DNA of 64,000 nucleotides from Planctomycetia bacterium (GTDB lineage: Bacteria > Planctomycetota > Phycisphaerae > UBA1845 > UTPLA1): assembly GCA_015200345.1 (NCBI GenBank), contig CP054187.1, positions 416,470 through 480,469 of the forward strand, given 5' to 3'. The position numbers and the translations under genes are program-made. Under the pieces are notes generated by a model. The model was not told the DNA's origin. It saw nothing but the letters and a program-made list of their open reading frames with translations, and did not search any database. Position 1 is the stretch's first letter. Each line of letters starts with the position of its first letter. This document shows positions 38,829 through 48,248 of the stretch, one piece after another.

Positions 38829-39743
38829 TCAACCTCGCATGGCGAAGCTGGCTTCATCGCGAGCGAGATCGCCCGGCCGAATGTCGCCCTCGGCCTGCTC
38901 GATCGTGCCGCCCGATTCGTTGGCTGTGACCCGCGTGACCTTCAGCGTGCCGAGGTATTGCGGTTTGCCGCCCTCGCCAACGCCGCGGCGATAGATGAGA
39001 AACGTCATGCCCGGCACCACGCCGTCGGCACTGCCGATCGAGATGCTCGCGAGATTATCCTTCACGCTTTTGACTTGACCGCGGATCGGGGCCGCCACGA
39101 ACTGACCCGCGACCGGCTGAACCGACGGCAGGCCGCCCTCGACAATGCCGCTGCCACCCGGAATCTGCGTCGCAGCCGTCAGGCCGCCGGCCCCGGCCCG
39201 CGCCGCGTCATCCATCGAGGCGATCTGCTGTTGAAGCGCCCGCACCTGCGCCCGGGCCATGTCCACGCTCGTGGTCAGCTCCTTCACGCGGTCGGTCAGG
39301 TCGATGTTGCCGCGCTCCAGCTCGCTGTTTCGCTGCGCCAGGCGGGCCGCGAAATCCTTCTCCTTGTTCAGGCCGGCCAGCAGAATCTTGTTCTCATCTG
39401 CGAGACTCGTGACCTGGCTCTGCTCCTTTGAAAGCTTGTTCTGCGCGTCGGCGACGGCCAATTCGAGCTCCTTGATCTTCGCCTCGCGCGCCGTCAAATC
39501 CGCCTGCAAGGCCGCGATCTTGCCGCTGTCGGTTTTCGACTGGGCCAGCGCACGCTGTTGCTCGATGGCGGCATTGGCGACCGCCGCGCGCTCCTTCGCC
39601 TGGGCCGCAAGCGCCGTCGCCTCCCAGTCGGTGGCCGACTTGCGCCAGTTGTCCTGCTGCGAGAAGGCGGCCACGACCAGCATCGACAGCGCGATGGACG
39701 AGACCGTCAAGAGGACGACCAATACTTTCGTCAAAACGCTCAC
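38829..39743 (-). CDS. TM + long coiled coil + C-terminal beta-domain protein (MreC-like architecture)
   Basis: GTG start with a GAGGAGG RBS. N-terminal TM helix VLVVLLTVSSIALSMLVVAAF. About 150 aa of heptad-like Ala/Gln/Glu/Lys sequence. C-terminus GQVKSVKDNLASISIGSADGVVPGMTFLIYRR...GTLKVTRV...GDIRPGDLA. Confidence 0.6.
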   Translation of the reverse strand: MSVLTKVLVVLLTVSSIALSMLVVAAFSQQDNWRKSATDWEATALAAQAKERAAVANAAIEQQRALAQSKTDSGKIAALQADLTAREAKIKELELAVADAQNKLSKEQSQVTSLADENKILLAGLNKEKDFAARLAQRNSELERGNIDLTDRVKELTTSVDMARAQVRALQQQIASMDDAARAGAGGLTAATQIPGGSGIVEGGLPSVQPVAGQFVAAPIRGQVKSVKDNLASISIGSADGVVPGMTFLIYRRGVGEGGKPQYLGTLKVTRVTANESGGTIEQAEGDIRPGDLARDEASFAMRG

Positions 39744-40175
39744 GGAAACCTCCTCGCTGCGATCTTGTCCCGCCCTGGGTGGTGTGACCGCGTAATTCCG
39801 TATCTGCCACTCCCCCCGGGGTGGGCGACCATTCGCAGCGCGATGTCGGATGCACGCCGTGCGTGCGGTGAGGATCGGGCGACCAACTCTTGGCGCCGGC
39901 TTGGGCAGCCGACCGTGCCCGACTCACAGGATTATCTCCCACGCAAACGGGTTTTGCAAGCCGATCCTCGAACGAAATCACCGACGTGCCGGTCCACGGA
40001 CTTCGCCCCAAAAGAGCCGGCCGGTTACCTTTGCCAGACCGTGTTTATGGGTCAGGACTCGGATCGCGCACGGGACGCTGTCGGATCGTGACTTCCGCCC
40101 ATAACGGACAAGGCCGGAACAGCCCACGTCTTGGCTTTGGCTTGACCTGCGATTGAAAGACCCATTAAATTAGGG

Positions 40176-40472
40176 GTGAAAGCGGTCCTTCGGACGTCGA
40201 TCATGGCCCAATCGCCCGCCAGCCCGCAGGCAAGCCCGCCGAACGAACTGTCCCCTGAAGACCGGATGCTGGTGCGACTCCGAGACCAGTTGTATGGGGG
40301 CAACTGGGAGGAAATGATCCTCGACTTGAAATGCCGGTTGCGCGGCGAGCCGTATATTTTCAAGCTCGCCAGCCGCATCCAGGACGACTTGAATCGCATT
40401 GAACGTCTCCGCGCGATGGGATCGCAGCGAGGAGACCCGCCCAACGAGCCGCCGTCGTCCCGAAACGCCTGA
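40176..40472 (+). CDS. Hypothetical small protein
   Basis: 98-aa ORF (alternative start ATG 40203, MAQSPAS...). The coding-like middle is DRMLVRLRDQLYGGNWEEMILDLKCRLRGEPYIFKLASRIQDDLNRIERL. It lies directly upstream of the propeller gene. Confidence 0.4.
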   Translation: MKAVLRTSIMAQSPASPQASPPNELSPEDRMLVRLRDQLYGGNWEEMILDLKCRLRGEPYIFKLASRIQDDLNRIERLRAMGSQRGDPPNEPPSSRNA

Positions 40473-40537
40473 CCTTCCCGCGATGCCGGGGGCATCGAGA
40501 ACCGGCGGCGCAACGCCGCACAAGGAGTTCGCTCGCC

Positions 40538-42427
40538 ATGCTGAACAGCGACCATTCGATCCGCTCTACCACACCGCGCGGCGCGATCCGCCTCGCTGCG
40601 GCGTTTGCCTGCGTGCTGAACCTCGGCATGTCGCTTCGGGCTTCCGCACAGATGATCAGCGACGAGGCCCTGGCCCGGCTCGATTTGCGATCGGCCTGGA
40701 GCATCGACCTGCCGCTTGAGGGCGGTGAAGAAGTCACGCGCACCGTCGCACTCGATGACAACCTCTACGTCCTCACGTCCATCAATCGCGTGTACGCCGT
40801 CCATCTGCACACGGGCATTCTCCGCTGGGCCTCCGATGTCTCGTCGGCGGGCGATCAAGTCCGCGGCCCCACGCACAGCAACGAGTATGCCGTATTCACG
40901 ACACCCGGCGCCGTGCGCATGCTCGATCGTCGCACCGGACTCATCCCCGGCGAGCCGCGCCATCTTTCCGGTGTTGTCGTGGAAATCAAGCACGACACGG
41001 CCGAAGTGAACCTCGGCGAGGTCCACGGCCTCAAGGGCGGTGAGATTCTCAACGTTTACATGGTAAACGAATACGGCGATCACGAGGGCGATCCCGTCGC
41101 CCGCATCCAGCTTGGCGCGGTCAAGAATCGGTACAGCAAAGGTCAAATCACATCGCTCAACTCCAGCGTCAAACCGCTCGCTGGTTACAAAGTCGAAGCC
41201 GACCTCACCATGCCGCTTGAGGAAATCAAACTGCCCTTCGCGGCGAGCAGTCCGGCCGTCGCGAACGCAAGCCATCTTTTCGTCGGCGCCGCCAATCAGC
41301 GCTTTTATTGCGTCGATATCCATCGCAACGTGACCCATTGGCAGTTGATGACCCCCAACACGGTGACGGTCCCCCCCATCCTCGACGGCAAGAATCTGCT
41401 GATCGCCGGGCAGGACGGCCTGGTCACCTCTTGCACGCAGGCGGAGAAAGCCAGGAACTGGACCTTCATGACCGAGGGGCCGATCTTCGCCAACTTGGTG
41501 ATCGACGGAGATCGGCTGTTTGTGGCATCGAGCGATCGGTCGCTGTATTGCCTGAACCGCGTGACCGGCAAGCGACTCTGGCGTGAGCGGTTTGATTCGC
41601 AACTCAATACCGCGCCGATGATCTCGGACGGGCGCGTTTACCTGCCAGTCCCGGATACGGGCCTGCACGTCCTCGACGCGACCAACGGCACGCAACTCTG
41701 GAAGCGGCCACAGGGTGGACGGTTTCTGCTGCAACTCGATCGTGATGCCATTCTGCTGTCAGGAGAGGGGACCGGCGCGCTGATTCGCGTCGATGCCGCC
41801 AAGGGAACACGCAAGCAAGTCGCTGAATTGAGCAGCGTGCGTCAAGTGACATCCAGCGCGGCGGCGCAGGCGATTCTGATCGCGTCGGCAGATGGGCGCG
41901 TGCAGAGTCTTCGCTCGCGATTTGCACCTCGTGTCCGCCCCGACGACGTCGCCGAGGTCCTGTACGACGCCGACAAGGCACGAGCCATCGCCAAAGTGGA
42001 CGCCGATCGCAAGGCGGCCGCCGAGAAGAAAACCGTTGAACAGCCCAGGCGACCCACGGCCCGCGAGCTGATGTTCGACGACGACTGGCTCTCCAGCCGC
42101 AGCACGGCGAAGCCGGTCGGCGGTCACGGGCTGGTGGATATTTCCGAAGATGCCGAGGGCCGGAAGCCCGCAGCGGAAGCAGACGAAGGCGCCGCAGCAG
42201 AAACGGATGACGACACGGCTGACAAGGACTCCGACGACAAGGAAGGCGACAAGGAATCCGCCAACAAATCGGATGAAGAATCCGATTCCGATGACGCCGA
42301 TGCCTCGGACGATGAATCCGGAGACGATGCGGACGAATCTGCCGACGACTCCGATGAAGGCGAAGGCGAAGATGACGAGTCCGACGAAGACAACGGCGGC
42401 GGAGGCGGCGGTGGTGGCGGCGGTTGA
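40538..42427 (+). CDS. PQQ-like beta-propeller repeat protein (BamB-like) with long poly-acidic tail ending in a Gly run
   Basis: Signal peptide. Repeated blades of the form xxVYAVHLHTGILRWA, QRFYCVDIHRNVTHWQL, DRSLYCLNRVTGKRLWRE, GLHVLDATNGTQLWK. The last ~100 aa are D/E/S-rich and end in GGGGGGGGGG. Confidence 0.75.
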   Translation: MLNSDHSIRSTTPRGAIRLAAAFACVLNLGMSLRASAQMISDEALARLDLRSAWSIDLPLEGGEEVTRTVALDDNLYVLTSINRVYAVHLHTGILRWASDVSSAGDQVRGPTHSNEYAVFTTPGAVRMLDRRTGLIPGEPRHLSGVVVEIKHDTAEVNLGEVHGLKGGEILNVYMVNEYGDHEGDPVARIQLGAVKNRYSKGQITSLNSSVKPLAGYKVEADLTMPLEEIKLPFAASSPAVANASHLFVGAANQRFYCVDIHRNVTHWQLMTPNTVTVPPILDGKNLLIAGQDGLVTSCTQAEKARNWTFMTEGPIFANLVIDGDRLFVASSDRSLYCLNRVTGKRLWRERFDSQLNTAPMISDGRVYLPVPDTGLHVLDATNGTQLWKRPQGGRFLLQLDRDAILLSGEGTGALIRVDAAKGTRKQVAELSSVRQVTSSAAAQAILIASADGRVQSLRSRFAPRVRPDDVAEVLYDADKARAIAKVDADRKAAAEKKTVEQPRRPTARELMFDDDWLSSRSTAKPVGGHGLVDISEDAEGRKPAAEADEGAAAETDDDTADKDSDDKEGDKESANKSDEESDSDDADASDDESGDDADESADDSDEGEGEDDESDEDNGGGGGGGGGG

Positions 42428-42532
42428 TCTGGCCGGGGGTTGGTTCGACGCTTACACTGACGGTTTCGCAGCGCGATTTCATGCGGCAATCGCCGCCCCG
42501 CGCAGCTGCCCTTTCAGCCGACGCCTCGAATC

Positions 42533-45064
42533 ATGCCGACGCAACGCATCCGCCGGGCACTCATTGCAGTCTATGACAAGACGGGCATCGCCAACTTCGC
42601 CCGCGCGCTCGTCGATGAGTTCGACTTCGAAATCATCTCCACCGGCGGCACCGCAAAGCACCTCAAAGACGCCGGCATTCCGGTCACAATAGTTGAGGAA
42701 GTCACCGGCTTTCCCGAACTGCTCGACGGCCGCGTGAAAACGCTGCACCCGAAGATTCACGCCGGCATCCTCGCCGACCGCGACAACCCCGAACACATGC
42801 GGCAGCTCGCCGAGCACGGCATCCAACCCATCGACATGGTGGTGGTGAATCTGTATCCGTTCGAGAAGACGGTGGCGGACCCGGCCTGCAAGTTCGAAGA
42901 CGCGATCGAGATGATCGACATCGGCGGGCCGTGCATGCTCCGCGCGGCGGCGAAGAATCATCGGCACGTCCTGCCGGTGTTAGCGACGGAATGGGCGTTG
43001 GATGCCGTGCTCCGGCACCTTCGAGGTCAACTCGACGAGGACTCGGTCCGATTTCGCGCGAAGCTGGCGGGGCGATGCTTCCTGCGCACCCGTGGTTATG
43101 ACGGCCATGTGGGTGATTACCTGCTCCTTCAATCCCTTGATTCGCCGGTATCTCCGTCGGAGCAGGCCTTCGCACTGTTCACTTGTCTATTGCTGACGAA
43201 GATATCCGATCTGCGCTATGGCGAGAACGCTCATCAGCGCGCGGCCTACCAACGGTACTTCGAGCAGTCAACGCCGTTCGATTCGGCGTTCGATTCAAGC
43301 ACGCCGACCAACACTTCCTTCAATAATCTCATCGACGCCGATGCGGCCAGGGGCCTGTGTGCGGAATTGGCGCGTTCCATCAATCCCGCGCAACGAGCCG
43401 CGGGCGATCAACGAGCCGCGGGCGATCAACGAGCCGCGGGCTTCAGCCCGCGCGGCCAATTGAACGCAGGCGCCAGCCCACTCGCGCCGCCGACCATCGG
43501 CGATCCGACCTGGCTCCTGACCTGGACCACCTATGGAACTTGGCTCCCGGGAGACCCGCGCGGATACGTGAGCCGAACGCCAACAGAATCCGGCACCCAT
43601 GAGATCTTCAATGCACCCGGGCAACCCTATTCGACCGATCAGCCGGAATTGTCCGAAGCGGCCAAAGATCGAATGGACGGAGAGCCGGTGCTCCTGGACG
43701 CAAGGCATGCGGCTGCTGCAAGCGATGCATTCATGAAAGCCGCAGCGGCACACAATATTCGGCTCGTGGCCTATGCAATCATGCCGAATCATGTTCACGT
43801 GCTGTGCCAGGCAACACAAAATGGTCCGGAACTACTCCGACTCTTCAAGGGGGTATCATCGCGCCGGCTGGGGCAGGCATTTTCGTTGGCAAGCTCACCA
43901 CGCTGGTGGACAAAATCGGGTTCGACCCGCCACTTGAAACCGGGCGACGATCCGACAGCGGCGATCGATTATGTTTGCGAGCAACTGAACTCGTTGCTCG
44001 TGCGATGCTTTGATGGACGGCGAAACAAGGGCGCGATTCGCTCTGATTCCAAAGCCGCGCGGGCTAAAGCCCGCGGCTCGATTGGCGAGATTGATCGTGC
44101 GCTGGAAAAAAACAAAGCCGCGCGGGCTGAAGCCCGCGGCTCGTTGCCTGAAGCCCGCGGCTCGTTGGCTGTCGTGTGTTTTATCAAACACACAAACGCC
44201 TGCGGGGTCGGTGTTGCGGACGATCCGGCCGAAGCCTATCGCCGTGCCTACCTCGGCGACCCCAACGCCGCCATGGGCGGCATCCTCGCGGTGAACTTTC
44301 CTGTCACCGCGGACTTCGCCGCGATGGTGATGGAGACCTACGACCGCCTCGGCAAGCCGCTGCGCGAATCCGGCGCTCCCCATGCACCCGGCGGATTCTT
44401 CGTCGAAGTGTGGATCGCGCCGTCGTTTGAAAACGCGGCCGTCGAAATCATTCGTGGCGCGACCCGCGCGCCGACGGGCGAATCGAATGCCGAAAGCCCC
44501 GGTTCTGCCTTGTCGGCGCGCCCAAAGAAAAAATGGGGCGAGAACGTGCGATTGCTCGCCGTCGGCGACCTGTCGCAGCCACCCGCGACGGATGAACTCG
44601 TCTACCGAAGCATCGCCGGCGGGATGCTCGTGCAGACGGCCGACACCGTTGGCCTTAACGAAGACCTGTGGGAAGTTGTCACGAAGCGCCGGCCCACCGA
44701 TTCTGAAATGTCAGATTTGAGATTGGCTTGGCTCATCGCCAAGCACACCAAGTCCAACGCGATCAGCCTCTGCAAGGACGGCATGCTGATCGGCAACGGC
44801 GCGGGGCAGATGAGCCGTATCATGAGCTGCCGCATCGCCACGTGGCTGGCCCGTGAGAATGGTCACGCCGACAAGCTCGCAGGCAGCGTGGCGGCTTCCG
44901 ATGCCTTTTTCCCCTTCGCTGACGGGCCGAACATTCTGATCGATGCCGGCGTGACGGCAATCATCCAGCCCGGCGGTTCGAAACGCGATGAGGACGTCAT
45001 CCATGCCTGCGACGAGCGCGGCGTCGCGATGATCTTCACCGGCACGCGGCACTTCAAGCATTAA
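42533..45064 (+). CDS. purH: Bifunctional AICAR transformylase/IMP cyclohydrolase PurH carrying a ~262-codon in-frame insertion
   Basis: N-terminal part: [80 protein letters not shown]-terminal part: [50 protein letters not shown]. At 843 aa it is far longer than a typical PurH (roughly 500-530 aa from memory), and most of the excess is the insert described in the next feature. Confidence 0.85.
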   Translation: MPTQRIRRALIAVYDKTGIANFARALVDEFDFEIISTGGTAKHLKDAGIPVTIVEEVTGFPELLDGRVKTLHPKIHAGILADRDNPEHMRQLAEHGIQPIDMVVVNLYPFEKTVADPACKFEDAIEMIDIGGPCMLRAAAKNHRHVLPVLATEWALDAVLRHLRGQLDEDSVRFRAKLAGRCFLRTRGYDGHVGDYLLLQSLDSPVSPSEQAFALFTCLLLTKISDLRYGENAHQRAAYQRYFEQSTPFDSAFDSSTPTNTSFNNLIDADAARGLCAELARSINPAQRAAGDQRAAGDQRAAGFSPRGQLNAGASPLAPPTIGDPTWLLTWTTYGTWLPGDPRGYVSRTPTESGTHEIFNAPGQPYSTDQPELSEAAKDRMDGEPVLLDARHAAAASDAFMKAAAAHNIRLVAYAIMPNHVHVLCQATQNGPELLRLFKGVSSRRLGQAFSLASSPRWWTKSGSTRHLKPGDDPTAAIDYVCEQLNSLLVRCFDGRRNKGAIRSDSKAARAKARGSIGEIDRALEKNKAARAEARGSLPEARGSLAVVCFIKHTNACGVGVADDPAEAYRRAYLGDPNAAMGGILAVNFPVTADFAAMVMETYDRLGKPLRESGAPHAPGGFFVEVWIAPSFENAAVEIIRGATRAPTGESNAESPGSALSARPKKKWGENVRLLAVGDLSQPPATDELVYRSIAGGMLVQTADTVGLNEDLWEVVTKRRPTDSEMSDLRLAWLIAKHTKSNAISLCKDGMLIGNGAGQMSRIMSCRIATWLARENGHADKLAGSVAASDAFFPFADGPNILIDAGVTAIIQPGGSKRDEDVIHACDERGVAMIFTGTRHFKH
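43391..44163 (+). mobile_element. REP-RAYT-REP unit (REP-associated tyrosine transposase flanked by inverted REPs) embedded in frame in purH
   Basis: Left: 2 x 18-bp caacgagccgcgggcgat (43391-43426), then GAGCCGCGGGCTTCAGCCCGCGCGGC (43431-43456). Centre (about 43505-44017): [21 protein letters not shown] motif [11 protein letters not shown], and the Tyr region [12 protein letters not shown]...AAIDYV. Right: reverse-complement REPs GCCGCGCGGGCTAAAGCCCGCGGCTC (44054-44079) and GCCGCGCGGGCTGAAGCCCGCGGCTC (44117-44142), plus a half-site (44150-44163). Confidence 0.7.
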
Positions 45065-45876
45065 CGCGCGGGGATGTCCCGCCGCGTCCACGCAAGCAAG
45101 CCGCCCATCCAGAACGCTGCCGCGACAGATAACAGGATCGCAATCTCACGCACCTGCCACGATCCGGCGCGGACGATCGGCAGCGGCCGGTAGTAATGCA
45201 GGAAGCTCGTCCACGAAATTCGCTTGGCCGGTTCCCACAGCTCCGCCAGGAAGTTAATCACAAAGCAATAAAAGATGGCCACGAAGCAGATACCCGCCGC
45301 CACCCCGCGCCGATTGCACATCGCCGAGACCGCGAGACAACACGCTGATAGTGCTACATACACGACATAAAGATGCCCTCCCACGATCGCCAGCCGCCAG
45401 AACTCAATGTCCTTTTGCGGCTTGATGACCAGCCCCAATCGAATGCCCGTGAGGATGGCGGCGATGAATGGAACCCCCAGCGCGACCAGCACCACCGTGT
45501 GCGAGCCGTACTGCCTCGCCCGCGAGATCGGCAATGACGCGAGCAGGTCCATCGTGCCGCGGTCCACTTCGCCGGCCATCACGCCGGTGGAAACCGTGAT
45601 CAGCGTCGCCACGACCAGCGTCCACATCAACGGATGCACGAAGAAAAACGCCGTGACCCCGTTCGGCGTGAACTGCGAGCCGACATCGCTCCCCAGCAGC
45701 GCCGCGAGCAGGCTGCGCACCCACTCCAGGTTCAGCATCTCCAGGCTGCGCTCGATCGGCACCGATGCCGTCACAACCATGTACAACGCCGCGAACACGC
45801 ACAGCAGCAGGTGCGCCCCCACGATCACCACGGCGTAGCCTCGAAGCGTCTTGCCTGTCAACGGAAGACTGATCAT
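45061..45876 (-). CDS. ABC-2-type transporter permease
   Basis: 271-aa polytopic membrane protein with about 6 hydrophobic helices. Its start overlaps the stop of the upstream ATPase gene by 4 nt. Confidence 0.7.
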   Translation of the reverse strand: MISLPLTGKTLRGYAVVIVGAHLLLCVFAALYMVVTASVPIERSLEMLNLEWVRSLLAALLGSDVGSQFTPNGVTAFFFVHPLMWTLVVATLITVSTGVMAGEVDRGTMDLLASLPISRARQYGSHTVVLVALGVPFIAAILTGIRLGLVIKPQKDIEFWRLAIVGGHLYVVYVALSACCLAVSAMCNRRGVAAGICFVAIFYCFVINFLAELWEPAKRISWTSFLHYYRPLPIVRAGSWQVREIAILLSVAAAFWMGGLLAWTRRDIPAR

Positions 45877-46790
45877 GCTCGCGGAGCCTCCTCGTAGTAC
45901 GTCGCGAACAAGTCTTCCAAATCCGGTGCGCCGATCGTGACATCAGCCACGTCCAGTGTCGACAACCAGCGAAGCAGTTCCTCCACGGACCCCGCCCAGC
46001 TTCCGCAAATCACGCCATCGACCGACGGACGCGGTGTGAACCCGTGCGGTATCAAGTCTTCACGAAGCGCGCCTTGTTTCAATCGCAGCTCCACGCGGCG
46101 CAGCGCGCGCTGTCGTAATTCGCTGATCGAACTGTCTTCGATGATCCGCCCGGCGCGGATGATCGCGACGCGATCGCAGAGCAGCTCCACTTCGCTCAAC
46201 GTGTGACTGGAAAACAGCACCGTGCGCCCCTCTCCCGCCGCCGCACGCAATTCCTCATACACCGTCTGCTGCACCAGCGGATCAAGTGCCGTCGTCGGCT
46301 CGTCGAGAATCAACACCTCCGGCCGATGCATCAGCGCCTGGATCACGCCGAGCTTCTGTTTCATCCCGCGCGAGTAATCACGAATGCGGCGCGAGAGATC
46401 AAGATGAAACCGATCACACAAGCGGCGAATCTCGGCCTCACAGCCGCCGCCTCGCGCCCGATTGCAGAAACTCAAAAATGTGCGCCCGCGCATCCAGTCG
46501 TAGAACCGAACATCGCCGGGCAGATACCCGACGTGCCGGCGAATCTCGGTGCTTTGTCGCCATGCGTCCAGCCCGAGCACGCGCGCCGAGCCATCGGTCG
46601 CCCGAAGCAATCCGAGCAAAATTCGAATCGTCGTCGTCTTGCCCGCGCCGTTCGGTCCGAGAAAGCCGAAGATCGAACCGGCCTCGACGCGCAGATTCAC
46701 ACCCGCTACGGCCCGAAGCGCGCCGTAGGATTTCACGAGACCCTGAACATCGATCGTCGGGTTGGCGGCGTGAGGATTCGCAGAGGGCAT
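45873..46790 (-). CDS. ABC transporter ATP-binding protein (ABC-2/DrrA-like)
   Basis: Walker A GPNGAGKTT, signature YSRGMKQKLGVIQAL, Walker B LILDEPTTALD. The start is set at ATG 46790 (MPSANPH...). The listed extension overlaps the rhomboid gene. Confidence 0.9.
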   Translation of the reverse strand: MPSANPHAANPTIDVQGLVKSYGALRAVAGVNLRVEAGSIFGFLGPNGAGKTTTIRILLGLLRATDGSARVLGLDAWRQSTEIRRHVGYLPGDVRFYDWMRGRTFLSFCNRARGGGCEAEIRRLCDRFHLDLSRRIRDYSRGMKQKLGVIQALMHRPEVLILDEPTTALDPLVQQTVYEELRAAAGEGRTVLFSSHTLSEVELLCDRVAIIRAGRIIEDSSISELRQRALRRVELRLKQGALREDLIPHGFTPRPSVDGVICGSWAGSVEELLRWLSTLDVADVTIGAPDLEDLFATYYEEAPRA

Positions 46791-46822
46791 GGCGTTAACG
46801 GCTCGCTGGCCTCGACTGTTCG

Positions 46823-47665
46823 TCAGATGACGAGGTCGGCGTCTTCGTCGCTGATTTCGCGCCGGGCACGGTGCAGCAAGGGGCGATGCGGAAACAGGTG
46901 AATGAACGCCATGCCACCGACAAAGCCGCCCAGGTGCGCCAGGTACGCCACCGCGCTCGTGCTGCCTCCCGAACTGACGAAACCACCCAGCACCGGGAAG
47001 GCGTTTTGAAGCACAACGTACACACCGAGGAATATCCACGCCGGAAGCTTGACGGTGAACCAATACCACCCTGCCGGCACCAGCGCCAGCACCCGCGCAT
47101 GGGGGAACAACAACAGGTATCCGCCCATCAGGCCGCTGATCGCCCCGCTCGCGCCGACCAGCGGGACAACGCCGGAGTCGAATAGCGTGTGCGCCAAATT
47201 ACCGACGAGGCCTGTGGCCAGATAGAAAACGAGGAACAACAGCGGGCCGAGGCGATCCTCAACATTGTTGCCAAAGATCCACAGATACAGCATGTTGCCC
47301 AGCAAGTGCCCCCAACCGCCGTGCAAAAACATACATGTGAAGATATTCATCCACGCCGGCAGCGCCGTCGCCTCGTCGAACGGAAGCGGCACACGCCGCG
47401 CCAGCGGCCGACCGAACGGATCGACCAGGCGATGGCCGAATTGATCTGTTGCAGGCTGGAGCGGCGCGTCCTCGATCATCGCGCGTCGCAAATCCGTGCG
47501 CGATTCCGTCAGTTCCGCCGGAACATAGCCGTATTTCCAGATGAACTCCTGCATCCGCTGCCCTTGACCCAGCTCGACGAAGAACACGAGCACGTTGATG
47601 ACGATCAGGGCAATCGTCATCACCGGCGTGCCCGCGGTCGGATTGTCATCTCGAATCGGGATCAT
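46823..47665 (-). CDS. Rhomboid-family intramembrane serine protease
   Basis: FLHGGWGHLLGNMLYLWIFG, catalytic GASGAISGLMG, and AHLGGFVGG (His). Confidence 0.85.
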   Translation of the reverse strand: MIPIRDDNPTAGTPVMTIALIVINVLVFFVELGQGQRMQEFIWKYGYVPAELTESRTDLRRAMIEDAPLQPATDQFGHRLVDPFGRPLARRVPLPFDEATALPAWMNIFTCMFLHGGWGHLLGNMLYLWIFGNNVEDRLGPLLFLVFYLATGLVGNLAHTLFDSGVVPLVGASGAISGLMGGYLLLFPHARVLALVPAGWYWFTVKLPAWIFLGVYVVLQNAFPVLGGFVSSGGSTSAVAYLAHLGGFVGGMAFIHLFPHRPLLHRARREISDEDADLVI

Positions 47666-48180
47666 TCATGGCCCTGCGCAGGCGCGGAACAGTCCGTGAC
47701 CGTACGGGTGAGAACCCCCAGCGCATGGCGGATGGCCGGCCCGACCAGCTCCAGTCCCATGCGCACGCCGCTGACGCTGCCCGGGAGCATGACTACAAGT
47801 GTCTGACCAATCACCCCGGCCCCCCCGCGCGACAGGATCGACAGCGGTGTGCGATCAAACATGGGCGTCTTGGCGTACCCCCCCGTACGCATGATCTCGC
47901 CAAAACCAGGCAACTCCCGATCCAACAGCGGACCTATGGCTTCAGGCGTCACGTCGCGCGGGCCGATCCCCGTCCCACCGGTCGTAACGATCAGATTGAC
48001 CCGGCCGATCAGGGATCGGATGCAATCAGCGATTTGCTCCGCCTCATCCGGGGTCAATCGCCTCTCAACGACCTCGACGCCGAGTGACGAGATCACTTCG
48101 GCCGCAGCCGGACCGCTGCGATCTTCCTTTGATCCCGCGGATCGACTGTCCGAAATCGTGACCACCGCCGCCTTGAACAT
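47662..48180 (-). CDS. MogA/MoaB-family molybdenum cofactor biosynthesis protein
   Basis: AAVVTISDSRSAG..EDRSG and LIVTTGGTGIGPRDVTPEA are the MoaB/Mog signature. The start is set at ATG 48180 (MFKAAV). There is a 4-nt overlap with the rhomboid start. Confidence 0.8.
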   Translation of the reverse strand: MFKAAVVTISDSRSAGSKEDRSGPAAAEVISSLGVEVVERRLTPDEAEQIADCIRSLIGRVNLIVTTGGTGIGPRDVTPEAIGPLLDRELPGFGEIMRTGGYAKTPMFDRTPLSILSRGGAGVIGQTLVVMLPGSVSGVRMGLELVGPAIRHALGVLTRTVTDCSAPAQGHE

Positions 48181-48248
48181 GGTCGGATCGTAGCACGCGC
48201 GCTCATCGCCTGCAAAACCCTGAACGAGCCGCTGTCGCGTTGACCGGT

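Noticed and set aside
38599-38832. Listed 77-aa ORF on the minus strand
   Set aside because: It is Arg/His/Asp-rich with no hydrophobic core or ribosome-binding site. A different frame in the same interval gives a cleaner 49-aa TM micro-ORF with a GGGAG RBS.
40052-41734. 560-aa ORF on the minus strand
   Set aside because: It is antisense to the PQQ-like propeller gene, which has clear repeat structure and a signal peptide. The composition is typical of non-coding frames in GC-rich DNA.
43391-43456. Tandem 18-bp repeats (caacgagccgcgggcgat x2 plus a partial copy) that could be mistaken for a mini CRISPR array
   Set aside because: The repeats are contiguous with no spacers, only about 2.5 units long, and are half-sites of the REP palindrome. 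They are not CRISPR.
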